A DNA stretch of 60,946 nucleotides, the filler included, from Nitrospinae bacterium RIFCSPLOWO2_12_FULL_45_22 (lineage in GTDB: Bacteria > 2-12-FULL-45-22), in NCBI GenBank assembly GCA_001803565.1. It is 6 parts of 6 records of this genome, joined end to end, with 100 filler letters (N's around TTAATTAATTAA, not from the genome) between each part and the next. Parts side by side here need not be neighbours in the genome. Positions count along the whole stretch, not along the records: positions 45,414 to 54,308 come from MHDQ01000129.1; positions 54,409 to 60,946 come from MHDQ01000135.1; 4 more parts are not named here. One strand, 5' to 3'. This document shows positions 47,984 to 56,572 of this stretch, in pieces. The position numbers and the translations under genes were made by a program. The notes below the pieces were generated by a model. It saw only the letters and a program-made list of their open reading frames with translations, did no database searches and was not told the DNA's origin. Every line of letters starts with the position of its first letter. Position 1 is the stretch's first letter.

Positions 47984-50854
47984 TTATACCTTTTCTACTT
48001 TAACTTTCGTGTCATAAAAGGAACAACTACCGCCAACCTTGGACTGGAGGGACACATTGCCCAGCTTGGCATCCAGCCGCATGACCAGATTGGCCTGAAG
48101 ACCGGCACCACGGCTGGCATCGTATTCGGTCTCTGCACCATCTATGATATGGGGCCGGGAGCCTAATTCCCAGTGGCCATAGTGGTGCGAGATGGCTACC
48201 ACGCCAGGGCGAATTCCTTCCATCACCTTGGCATAGCCCACAATACCGGTAGTATTACTGGCCGATGTTACCCGCACCTTATCCCCGGTAGAGATACCTA
48301 AAGATTTCGCATCAGTGCTGTTTATCTCCACATAGTTTTCGGGGGCCAGCAGCATGAGCCAGGGGTTAGTGGCGGTCCGGGCCTGGCCGTGCCGCACAGA
48401 CTTATAAGTGATGAGGTGCAAGGGATAGGCACTGTCATCTACCGGGGTATCGTCCGCATGCCTGGGAACCTCGTATTTGGGCAGCGGATCAAAGGTCTTC
48501 CCGGTCATAGAATCTTTGGTAGTGGCTAGCTCTTCTATATAGAGATGGATCTCATTGCCATAGGTATTTTTCACATAATCGCCACTATATTCCTTGCCCG
48601 GGTCTTCAAAGGCCCCTCCTTTAGCCTTGATCTCTTCTACAGTAACGGTCCTTCCCAGGGCACTGGTGGCATTTTTGGCCAGGTTGTCCAGTTGCCTGCG
48701 GGTAAAATCCCAGGCCCTATCCAAAGAACCACCATCCTCAAAGGCCCCCGCACCGACGGAGGGGAGGTTCATCTTCTTAGCTAGCTCTATCAGGATATCC
48801 ATATACATCTTGGTATTGGGCAGGATAGGCGTATAGTTCATATCGGCATCGAAGCTCCCTACTACCGGTTGCTGGAAGGCAGTGGCCTTGGCCAGGATAG
48901 CCGGAGATGTCCCGGTAAAGGCAAACTTTTCCAGATAGGTAGTATCGGGCAGGATATAATCGGCCAGAGCCGCTACCTCGCCTATATTGAGACTGATAGC
49001 CACAAAGAGGGGTAGCTTGCTCTCATCCTTGACATAGTCTTCAAAGACCTTTTTCAGGGCCGGGGTAGAATAAGGCCAGGCATTCCAGTAAGTAATTATG
49101 GCCTTAGCGGAATAAGGATAGCCATCGGCCGCACTGGGTATTGCCTCTTGAAAATTACCGTGGGTAGCATAGGGGAACCAGGGTCTCTTGGCCGGGTAAC
49201 CATCCCGCTGGAAAAAGCTCTTGCCATCGGTTTCGTAAAATTTCAATTTTGTCCTATCTATCCGCACTCCCTTGTAACTTACCTTCTTAGGTACCTTGGT
49301 AACATCAACAACACCGGTATTATTGGCATAGGCCCCGCCACCTGCCGTACTGCCGCCTTTCCAATCGTAGTTACCGATGAGGGTATCTAAGGCTATAACC
49401 GCCAGGGAAGAGTAAGCGCCATTGGTATGCTGGACAGTACCCCGATAATGTTCAGTCCCGGCCTTCTTCCCATGGCTGGTAAACTCCCTGGCCAGACTCT
49501 CTATAGTGCTGCTCTCTATGCCGCAGATGGAGGCATATTCAGCAATGGTCTTCTCCTGCACCCGTTCTTTGAACAGGGTAAAGGCCGATTTGCAGCTCTT
49601 ACCCCCAACGGTGACAGTGCCAGTATCCAGGGTCCCTTCTACGGCAGTAGTGGTATCATCACTCTTTACGGCTAGGCCCTGGGTCCCATCCCAGACCACA
49701 AACTTGCTCCCATCACCACCCAGGACATCATCCCGCAGGTATTTATTGGTGCTAAGATCCACCAACCAGGTAGCATCGGTCCAGGTCTTTTCGCCATCGG
49801 CCGTAGCTGCGGCCTTATTGGCATTCTTGAGGTATTTCTCGTCATATTTTTTATTATCAATGATCCAGCGGGCCATACCCAGGGCCAGGGCACCATCAGT
49901 GCCGGGCTTTACTGGTATCCAGCCGCCATTGGCCTGGGCTGCCGAGTGGGAAAAGCGGGGGTCTACCACTACATACTTACCACCGTTCCTCTTCATCTCC
50001 ATCAGCTTGCGGGCAATGGGGACAAAGGCGAAGTTAGATTCAAGGGGGTTTGAGCCGAAAAGGAGGACATATTCCGAGCTGAGAAAATCGGCCTTGAAAT
50101 GGTTCTTCCTCCCAGCCTTATTCGTTTTATCCCAGGTGACCAGCTCGTAGGCCACATGGTGGTCTACCTCACAGATACTGGTATGGTCCAGGCGATAATT
50201 GGCGGTACCAAAACCGTCCTTCCATATCCGGTCGCTAAAATCTCCTTCTACCGTGCGGCCCGGTGCGAATAGGACTTGATTGGCCACCGGTCCGGCCTCC
50301 GGGGCATCAGGATTGGCCGGGGTAGTCAAATCCCGCAGGGCCAGGAGGCGGGAGGCAATATCACTGAGGGCCTCATCCCAGCTCACCGTCTTCCATTGCC
50401 CCGATCCCCTGGGCCCCACCCGCTTTAATGGCGCCTTTACCCGATAAGGGTCATAGAGGGTCTGGATACCGGCCTGTCCCTTGAGGCACATACGGCCCCG
50501 AGACTTGTTGGCCTCAGTAGCGTCAGTGCTATAAGGGAGCCGCTCATCGGGGTGCATATTGTTGGGATGATAAGGGTTACCGTCCAGCTTCACCAGGACA
50601 CCATCTACTACCTTGGCCTGTAACCCACAACGGCCGTGGCACATCTGACAGAAGCTGCGGACTATCGTGACGCCCGGGGCAGTCTCTACTGGGTCTGCGG
50701 AATATTGCCCTAGAGTGATGGCTGCCGCCTCTTTGGTCTTAAATATTGTCGAACTAAGGGCAGCAGCGGACGCCAGGGCACCACTTATGGCCAGGAACTT
50801 CCTGCGATCCACTTCTGGATTCAACCAATTCTTCCCCTTTTCCTCTCTCTCCAT
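47984..50854 (-). CDS. Tat-exported molybdopterin oxidoreductase, tetrathionate-reductase/ArrA-like clade
   Basis: DRRKFL Tat motif; CQMCHGRC..C; GNPYHP; HTSICE; ADYILPDTTYLE. Confidence 0.85.
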   Translation of the reverse strand: MEREEKGKNWLNPEVDRRKFLAISGALASAAALSSTIFKTKEAAAITLGQYSADPVETAPGVTIVRSFCQMCHGRCGLQAKVVDGVLVKLDGNPYHPNNMHPDERLPYSTDATEANKSRGRMCLKGQAGIQTLYDPYRVKAPLKRVGPRGSGQWKTVSWDEALSDIASRLLALRDLTTPANPDAPEAGPVANQVLFAPGRTVEGDFSDRIWKDGFGTANYRLDHTSICEVDHHVAYELVTWDKTNKAGRKNHFKADFLSSEYVLLFGSNPLESNFAFVPIARKLMEMKRNGGKYVVVDPRFSHSAAQANGGWIPVKPGTDGALALGMARWIIDNKKYDEKYLKNANKAAATADGEKTWTDATWLVDLSTNKYLRDDVLGGDGSKFVVWDGTQGLAVKSDDTTTAVEGTLDTGTVTVGGKSCKSAFTLFKERVQEKTIAEYASICGIESSTIESLAREFTSHGKKAGTEHYRGTVQHTNGAYSSLAVIALDTLIGNYDWKGGSTAGGGAYANNTGVVDVTKVPKKVSYKGVRIDRTKLKFYETDGKSFFQRDGYPAKRPWFPYATHGNFQEAIPSAADGYPYSAKAIITYWNAWPYSTPALKKVFEDYVKDESKLPLFVAISLNIGEVAALADYILPDTTYLEKFAFTGTSPAILAKATAFQQPVVGSFDADMNYTPILPNTKMYMDILIELAKKMNLPSVGAGAFEDGGSLDRAWDFTRRQLDNLAKNATSALGRTVTVEEIKAKGGAFEDPGKEYSGDYVKNTYGNEIHLYIEELATTKDSMTGKTFDPLPKYEVPRHADDTPVDDSAYPLHLITYKSVRHGQARTATNPWLMLLAPENYVEINSTDAKSLGISTGDKVRVTSASNTTGIVGYAKVMEGIRPGVVAISHHYGHWELGSRPHIIDGAETEYDASRGAGLQANLVMRLDAKLGNVSLQSKVGGSCSFYDTKVKVEKV

Positions 50855-50928
50855 AATTGCATTAACCTCCTTTCAAATTTTTTTATCCTGAATTATGTAG
50901 GTTTCATTTAAAAATGCTTTACTCGCTT

Positions 50929-51010
50929 GTCATTCTGAGCCGCAGCCCTGAACAAAGTGAAGGGTCAGGCGAAGAATCTAACCAAGACCCTTCGCTCCGC
51001 TCCGGGTGAC
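50929..51010. repeat. GTCATTCTGAGC..GAAGAATCT/AGA..CTTCGCT..GTGAC palindromic repeat (also 24906-60 and 52340-98)
   Basis: Three related copies in the window. Confidence 0.75.
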
Positions 51011-51064
51011 AACCCCTGGTGAACGGTTACGAAAAAGCCATTCAGTACTGAAAGATATATGTCA

Positions 51065-51835
51065 TTATTGATAGAAGGGTTTCGTAGAGCCTTTACTATG
51101 GCAGGCCACGCACCGGGTAACATCGGTATTACGCCGGAGGCTGACAGCCGATTCGTCCCGCATATCTACCCCTTTGCTATGGCAGGCCTGGCAGGTCTCG
51201 TTTGTAACCGTAGTAGTGCCAGGATAATAGGGAAACATGGCGGCATGGGCAGGTTTTATGCTGGGGTCTAAAGATTTTTCGCTTACCCGGTCACCATGGC
51301 AGATCAAGCAAGCCTTATTATAACTAGGGGAGTTAGGGTCATGGGCGGCCATGATGGCCGAGGGGGATTTGAAGGGCTTTATTAAGTTAAAAGAGGTACT
51401 AGAATATGATGTAAAAGGGGGGGTAATAGAACCTGGTTTGGTAAATACTGCCCAGAAGGTGTAAGCACCACCAGTGATATCTGGTACCTGAAAATCGAAT
51501 AAGGTCCCTGCGGCATTACTTACGTTCCAGGAAGTAGCTAGTGGGACAATCTGGTCTGTCCACTGCGTCTGTGGGGTCAAGAATTGAAAGGTATTATCCG
51601 GCAACTGTAAGGCAAAATATATATCTACCTTATTATTTTCTGTCCCGGCCTTAATATCGAATTTCAAGGTTAAGCGATCCTGGCCCTTAACATAGTTGTT
51701 CTTATTAGCGATAAGGGTGATAGAGGGGTTACCGGCTAATGCGGTCACGGCAGGTAAAAAGAGTAATCCTACTGCGAAGATACAGATTAAAACTAAACCT
51801 AAATACTTCAATTCTACTCGATTACCTCGCTCCAT
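51065..51835 (-). CDS. Exported triheme c-type cytochrome with N-terminal Ig-like domain
   Basis: Signal peptide; CLICH, CQACH, CVACH. Confidence 0.85.
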   Translation of the reverse strand: MERGNRVELKYLGLVLICIFAVGLLFLPAVTALAGNPSITLIANKNNYVKGQDRLTLKFDIKAGTENNKVDIYFALQLPDNTFQFLTPQTQWTDQIVPLATSWNVSNAAGTLFDFQVPDITGGAYTFWAVFTKPGSITPPFTSYSSTSFNLIKPFKSPSAIMAAHDPNSPSYNKACLICHGDRVSEKSLDPSIKPAHAAMFPYYPGTTTVTNETCQACHSKGVDMRDESAVSLRRNTDVTRCVACHSKGSTKPFYQ

Positions 51836-52054
51836 AGCTTATCATTCCTCCTTTCTCTCTGCTCAATAGTAAGTAACACTCCGGTCCCAAAAAGTTTCTC
51901 AGTTTTTTCCCTCTTTAGCCTTGCATTTTGTTTTTTTAGACCTATCACCCCCTTCTTCTTTTAATCTGAATCTAGGGCGAATGTTAATGAGTGCTTTCCA
52001 AGTAAAAAATTGCTCATCACAATTAGATGAGATTTATTTGCTCTGGATCCAGGT

Positions 52055-52255
52055 TTAACTGATAGAAATGTTTTCTCCTTTAAGTTTTCTGACAATATTC
52101 TCTGCATTACCTAAATAGATATTTGTGGTCACGACCCGGCTGGGGCCGGACCCCGGGCCCTTACCGTCCTGTGAGCCATCCAGCTTTATCCGCTGGGAAT
52201 GACGGTAGTAGTAGTGATATTTTCGCCCCCGTTTGATCTCGTATATCTTACCCAT
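52055..52255 (-). pseudogene. N-terminal fragment of an IS1634-like transposase
   Basis: RBS GGAGG; K.G.KYHYYY..S.R...GK...RVV...YLGNAE pattern; stops after 66 aa. Confidence 0.55.
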
Positions 52256-52300
52256 TCAGACTTCCTCCTCCAAGGATTATTGCAAAATGGGAAAGCTAAT

Positions 52301-52440
52301 CCCAAATTATGCACGAATTTAGGAAGAACCGGTTGTATTGTCACCCTGAGCAACGCGAAGGGTCTCTTTTTAGATTCTTCGCTACCGCTCATAATGACAG
52401 GCTAGTAAAGCGTTTTAAAACGATTCCTGCATAATTTGGG
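52301..52440. mobile_element. 140-bp MITE with 18-bp TIR and 5-bp target duplication
   Basis: CCCAAATTATGCACGAAT / ATTCCTGCATAATTTGGG (17/18); CTAAT at 52296-300 and 52441-45. Confidence 0.8.
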
Positions 52441-52475
52441 CTAATATACCCTTATTAAGGAGGAAATATAATGTA

Positions 52476-52492
52476 AGCAAAGGTCATGCCAG
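52476..52492 (-). promoter_or_regulatory. sigma54 -24/-12 promoter
   Basis: CTGGCAT-GACCT-TTGCT on the minus strand, pointing at the cytochrome/Mo-enzyme operon. Confidence 0.8.
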
Positions 52493-52707
52493 GATGGATA
52501 AAGAATTGGGGCGGCTTATGTAATCCCAAGGTAATAGAGGACTTGCTGGATCTCAGGAGACAAAAATGGAGATAATTATTGACACCCAACGGGGGTGGAT
52601 AACGTTACCTCTGGGTAATGGATTTGGGCGTATAGTTAAGGAAAATATAACGCATAGGGGAATGTAACATTTAAGTAACTATGTTACCCTATGGAAACAC
52701 AGGGGGC

Positions 52708-54078
52708 TTAATTCAGGCCGAGGGCCTTGATCTTTTCCCAGAGGCATTTTCGGCTGATGCCCAGCCTTTCTGCGGCCCGGCCTTTTTGGCCATTACAGGC
52801 TCGCAATACCTGCCTGATATAATCTTTTTCATATTCTTTTATGGCATCATTCAAGGGTCGGAAGCCTTCTCTGGGAAGGGTACGGGGGGCTGTTGAGGTG
52901 CCCTGTAGTTCGGGCGGTAGACATTGGGCTGGTATTTCATCCTGATCCGGTGGGCATAATACTACAGCCCGTTCCATGATATTTTCTAATTCCCGGACAT
53001 TGCCGGGATAATGGTACCCTAATAAAGGGCTTAACCCTTCCGGGGAGATACTCTTGATCTTTTTTCCGGTTCGGGCATTGTAGCGCGCAAGAAAATGCTG
53101 AACCAGTAGAGGAATATCTTCCCTCCTGTCCCGGAGGGGAGGTAAGACCATGGGGACTACATTGAGCCGATAGAAGAGGTCATCCCGGAACACCCCTTTT
53201 TCTACTTCGGCCTTAAGGTCCCGCTTGGTAGCGCTTATTACCCGGACATTTATCTTTATGGTCTCTGTCCCACCAACCCGCTCATATTCCTTTTCCTGGA
53301 GCACACGCAATAATTTCCCCTGGAGCGATAGAGGCAGGTCATCAATATCATCAAGGAAGATAGAGCCGCCTTCTGCCAGCTCAAACTTTCCTTTTTTTTC
53401 TTTAATGGCACTGGTAAAAGCGCCTTTCTCATGACCGAATAGCTCGGTCTCCAGAAGGGATTCCGGTAAGGCAGCACAATTGACCTTAATGAGGGGACAA
53501 TTTCTCCGGGGGCTCCTCTGATGAATGGCCCTGGCAACCAATTCCTTGCCCGTACCAGTCTCTCCTTGGATTAGGATAGTAGAATCAGTCTTAGCCAGAA
53601 TATTGATCAGATCGAATAGTTCCTGCATCGGGGGGCTCTTCCCGACCAGGTCTTCCAGGGTATAGCTCTGGCTGATCTCCTGACGGAGGCGCTGGTTCTC
53701 CCAGACTAGTTGTTTTTCCCGGATGAGCCGCTCGATCATAAAGAGCAGCTCATCCATAATAAAGGGCTTGGTAAGGTAATCGTAGGCCCCTTGTTTCATG
53801 GCCCCGACAGCCGACTCTACCGTAGCATAGGCAGTTATAAGGATTACTGTAGTATCTGGAGAGACCTTTTTGCATTCCTGGAGGATCTGCAAGCCATCGT
53901 ACTTAGGTAGGCGTAGATCAGTAATTAAAACATCATAGCTGTCTTCCCGGAGCATTTGGATGCCCTGGGCACCATCTTCAGCACTACGGACCGGGTATCC
54001 TTGCCCCTTGAGAGTATCGGTAATGGATACCCGCATCAGGGGTTCATCATCAATAACCAGGACCTTAGGTATAAACAT
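52708..54078 (-). CDS. sigma54-dependent NtrC/AtoC-family response regulator
   Basis: REC domain, GETGTGKE, GAFTSA, FRDDLFYRLNV, Fis HTH. Confidence 0.95.
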   Translation of the reverse strand: MFIPKVLVIDDEPLMRVSITDTLKGQGYPVRSAEDGAQGIQMLREDSYDVLITDLRLPKYDGLQILQECKKVSPDTTVILITAYATVESAVGAMKQGAYDYLTKPFIMDELLFMIERLIREKQLVWENQRLRQEISQSYTLEDLVGKSPPMQELFDLINILAKTDSTILIQGETGTGKELVARAIHQRSPRRNCPLIKVNCAALPESLLETELFGHEKGAFTSAIKEKKGKFELAEGGSIFLDDIDDLPLSLQGKLLRVLQEKEYERVGGTETIKINVRVISATKRDLKAEVEKGVFRDDLFYRLNVVPMVLPPLRDRREDIPLLVQHFLARYNARTGKKIKSISPEGLSPLLGYHYPGNVRELENIMERAVVLCPPDQDEIPAQCLPPELQGTSTAPRTLPREGFRPLNDAIKEYEKDYIRQVLRACNGQKGRAAERLGISRKCLWEKIKALGLN

Positions 54079-54094
54079 AATAATTAGTAAGAAG

Positions 54095-54263
54095 GCCACA
54101 GAGGCACAGAGTACACAGAGGTAGCAGCACCGTCTTACGGTGCGATAAACCTTTGGCAGGCTAAGAGCCTGCAGCTACACTACTCATTAGCACAGCCAAT
54201 TATCTTTTCTGTTACTCGATTCAAATCCTCGTTTATTCTCTGTGACCTCTGTGATTCTGTGGC
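54095..54263. repeat. 9-nt-unit inverted repeat element enclosing a GTAG-REP pair (54121-54178)
   Basis: GCCACAGAG GCACAGAG TACACAGAG ... CTCTGTGAC CTCTGTGAT TCTGTGGC. Confidence 0.75.
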
Positions 54264-54410
54264 AAATATTTATTTTTATGATTTTGTCTGCAAAGGCAGG
54301 GTGACGGTNNNNNNNNNNNNNNNNNNNNNNNNNNNNNNNNNNNNNNNNNNNNTTAATTAATTAANNNNNNNNNNNNNNNNNNNNNNNNNNNNNNNNNNNN
54401 NNNNNNNNTG

Positions 54411-54791
54411 TTTATCGCCCTGATTAAGCTACGTTTCTCTGATCCATATACTCCAAGACCTTATAAAATCCCTCTGAACCTCAAGATAAAGTGGAGAGGG
54501 CAAAAGGTGGAGTTTCCTGTCTTGGGGGTTATAGGCATGATAGGGGTAAGTCTGATCCTGTTTGAGGTGATTTTAACCCATACTATTGGCCGGATTGCTG
54601 GTCCGGCCTGGATCCTACTCTGCTTCATATATTATGCCTGGTACAGAAGGAAAGAGGGGCATCCTATCTTCCGGAGTGTTGAACGGGACTGGGAAAGGGA
54701 GCAGATCCGGGTCTTAGAGTCAGCCGAAGAATATGAGCTCTTGGAACAATATAAGCTGGCTTTAGCCGAAAAGGCCAAGGAGAAGAGATGA
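54411..54791 (+). CDS. APC-family permease C-terminus (5' partial)
   Basis: LIKLRFSDPYTPRPYKIP followed by two TM helices. Confidence 0.75.
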   Translation, partial: FIALIKLRFSDPYTPRPYKIPLNLKIKWRGQKVEFPVLGVIGMIGVSLILFEVILTHTIGRIAGPAWILLCFIYYAWYRRKEGHPIFRSVERDWEREQIRVLESAEEYELLEQYKLALAEKAKEKR

Positions 54792-55351
54792 CTCCTGAAG
54801 TACAATTATCTTACCTTGGTATTTTGCTGGCTATCATCTTTTCCTTTTCATTGGGCGGGGTAATCTGGTGGATGCTAAGGGTACCACGGGCTATATCGCA
54901 TGAAGTGGCGAAGGCCCGGGTCTCTGTCAGTTCCTTCAAACGGATCTTAGTGCCTACCCTGGGAATGCCCTATTCTGAAAAGGGTATCGAGCTGGCTTGC
55001 CGTCTGGGACATGAGCAGAAGGCAGAGCTTGTTTTGACCTTTGTGCTTGAAGTACCAAGAATATTACCCCTTAATGCCAGACTACCAGAGGCAGAGCTCA
55101 AGGCCCAAGAAGCTCTGGAGCGGGCTAAGGAGATTGTCTCCCTGCACGGTTTAGAAGTTAAAACTCATATTGAACGGGCTCGAGAAGCCGGAGAGGGGAT
55201 CATCCGGGCAGCTATGGATCATGGTGTGGATGCAATAGTATTAGGTATTCGGCCACGGCTGAGCCTGACCCAGGATATGCTGGGCAGGACTACCGATATC
55301 TTGTTACGTAAGGCTCCTTGTGAGGTCATTATAGACAAACCAGCCGCTTAG
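54788..55351 (+). CDS. Universal stress protein with N-terminal TM helix
   Basis: ILVPT..DAIVLG..LGRTTDILLRKAPCEV. Confidence 0.9.
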   Translation: MTPEVQLSYLGILLAIIFSFSLGGVIWWMLRVPRAISHEVAKARVSVSSFKRILVPTLGMPYSEKGIELACRLGHEQKAELVLTFVLEVPRILPLNARLPEAELKAQEALERAKEIVSLHGLEVKTHIERAREAGEGIIRAAMDHGVDAIVLGIRPRLSLTQDMLGRTTDILLRKAPCEVIIDKPAA

Positions 55352-55355
55352 AATA

Positions 55356-55450
55356 GGTTATTAGGTAAGTGGGTCATTCGGTTATTAGGTTATTGGGTTA
55401 TTGGGTTAATGATTTACTTCTTTTCTCCTAATGACTCAATGACCTAATAA
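55356..55450. repeat. 8-nt tandem/inverted repeat element without a gene (same unit as 16110-16643)
   Basis: Seven GGTTATT(A/G)-type units, a spacer, then three inverted units. Confidence 0.85.
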
Positions 55451-55469
55451 TTAAAGTGAGGTATTATAT

Positions 55470-55874
55470 ATGAGAGTAATTATTTTTGGTTGTGGTAAAC
55501 TGGGGGCCTTTCTAGCCCGGTCCCTTGCGAAAGGAGAGTTTGAGGTAACTGTCATTGACCGCAATCCCAGGGCCTTTAGGCAATTGGGCCCAGATTTTTC
55601 GGGCAAGACGATTATAGGTACCGGGATTGATGAGGACATCTTAAAAGAAGCAGATATTCAAAATGCCGATGCCTTTGTGGCCGTGACGGATGGGGACAAG
55701 ATTAATATCATGTCGGCCTTGATAGCTAAAGAGATGTATGGTATTTCAAAAGTAATAGCCCGGGTGGCTGATCCCGGGATAGGGGCAATATATAAAGACT
55801 TAGGGCTCAAAATCCTCTGCCCAACCAGCTTAGGGACAGAAACTATTTACAAAATTTTACAAAACCAAAAATAG
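55470..55874 (+). CDS. trkA: TrkA-N (RCK) potassium uptake regulatory protein
   Basis: IFGCGKLG..ADAFVAVTDGDKIN. Confidence 0.88.
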   Translation: MRVIIFGCGKLGAFLARSLAKGEFEVTVIDRNPRAFRQLGPDFSGKTIIGTGIDEDILKEADIQNADAFVAVTDGDKINIMSALIAKEMYGISKVIARVADPGIGAIYKDLGLKILCPTSLGTETIYKILQNQK

Positions 55875-55892
55875 AGAATAGAAAGGTGGCTG

Positions 55893-56552
55893 ATGTATAT
55901 TATTATAGTTGGCGGTGGAAAGGTAGGCTTTTATCTTACCAAAGACTTGATCCAGAAAGGTCATGAAGTAACCCTGATAGAGCGAGATGAGAAGAACGAG
56001 CCCCGCCTCTTGCGGGAATTTGGCGATAGCCTCTTTATCGGCGATGGGTGCGATCCTCAACTCCTAGAAGAAGCTGGAATAAAACGAGCCGATACCCTCA
56101 TTGCCGCTACTGGCGATGACCAGGACAATCTGGTGGTTTGCGAGATGGGGATAAGGCATTTTAAAGTACCCAGGGTTATCGGCCGAGTAGTAAACCCTAA
56201 AAATAAAGCACTATACAAAAAAATGGGCATTGAACTCACGGTAAATGCCACCGAGATCATCACTAACCTTATTGAGCAAGCGGCTATCGCACAAGAGATC
56301 ATCCCCCTACTCCCTTTACGCCGCGGTGATTTAGAGATTGTTGAAATCAGCATTCCTCAAGATTTCCCTACCATCACCCGGACAGTGCGAGAGTTAGAAC
56401 TACCAACAGATTGTATCCTGGCTGCTTTGATTCGGGGTGAACATATTGTCATCCCCCGGGGTGATACCACCCTATTACCTAACGACCATCTTATAATCCT
56501 GACCAGTATGAGCAATGCCGATGGATTAAAGAAATTATTTTATATCAAATAA
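55893..56552 (+). CDS. trkA: TrkA-family protein (TrkA-N plus TrkA-C)
   Basis: VGGGKVG..ATGDDQDN..IPRGDT. Confidence 0.92.
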   Translation: MYIIIVGGGKVGFYLTKDLIQKGHEVTLIERDEKNEPRLLREFGDSLFIGDGCDPQLLEEAGIKRADTLIAATGDDQDNLVVCEMGIRHFKVPRVIGRVVNPKNKALYKKMGIELTVNATEIITNLIEQAAIAQEIIPLLPLRRGDLEIVEISIPQDFPTITRTVRELELPTDCILAALIRGEHIVIPRGDTTLLPNDHLIILTSMSNADGLKKLFYIK

Positions 56553-56572
56553 CAAAGAGGGAGGGAATAATC

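Noticed and set aside
54411-56552. APC permease-USP-TrkA-TrkA cluster as a novel system
   Set aside because: Resembles known APC/TrkA potassium-uptake clusters, and the permease is truncated by the contig edge.
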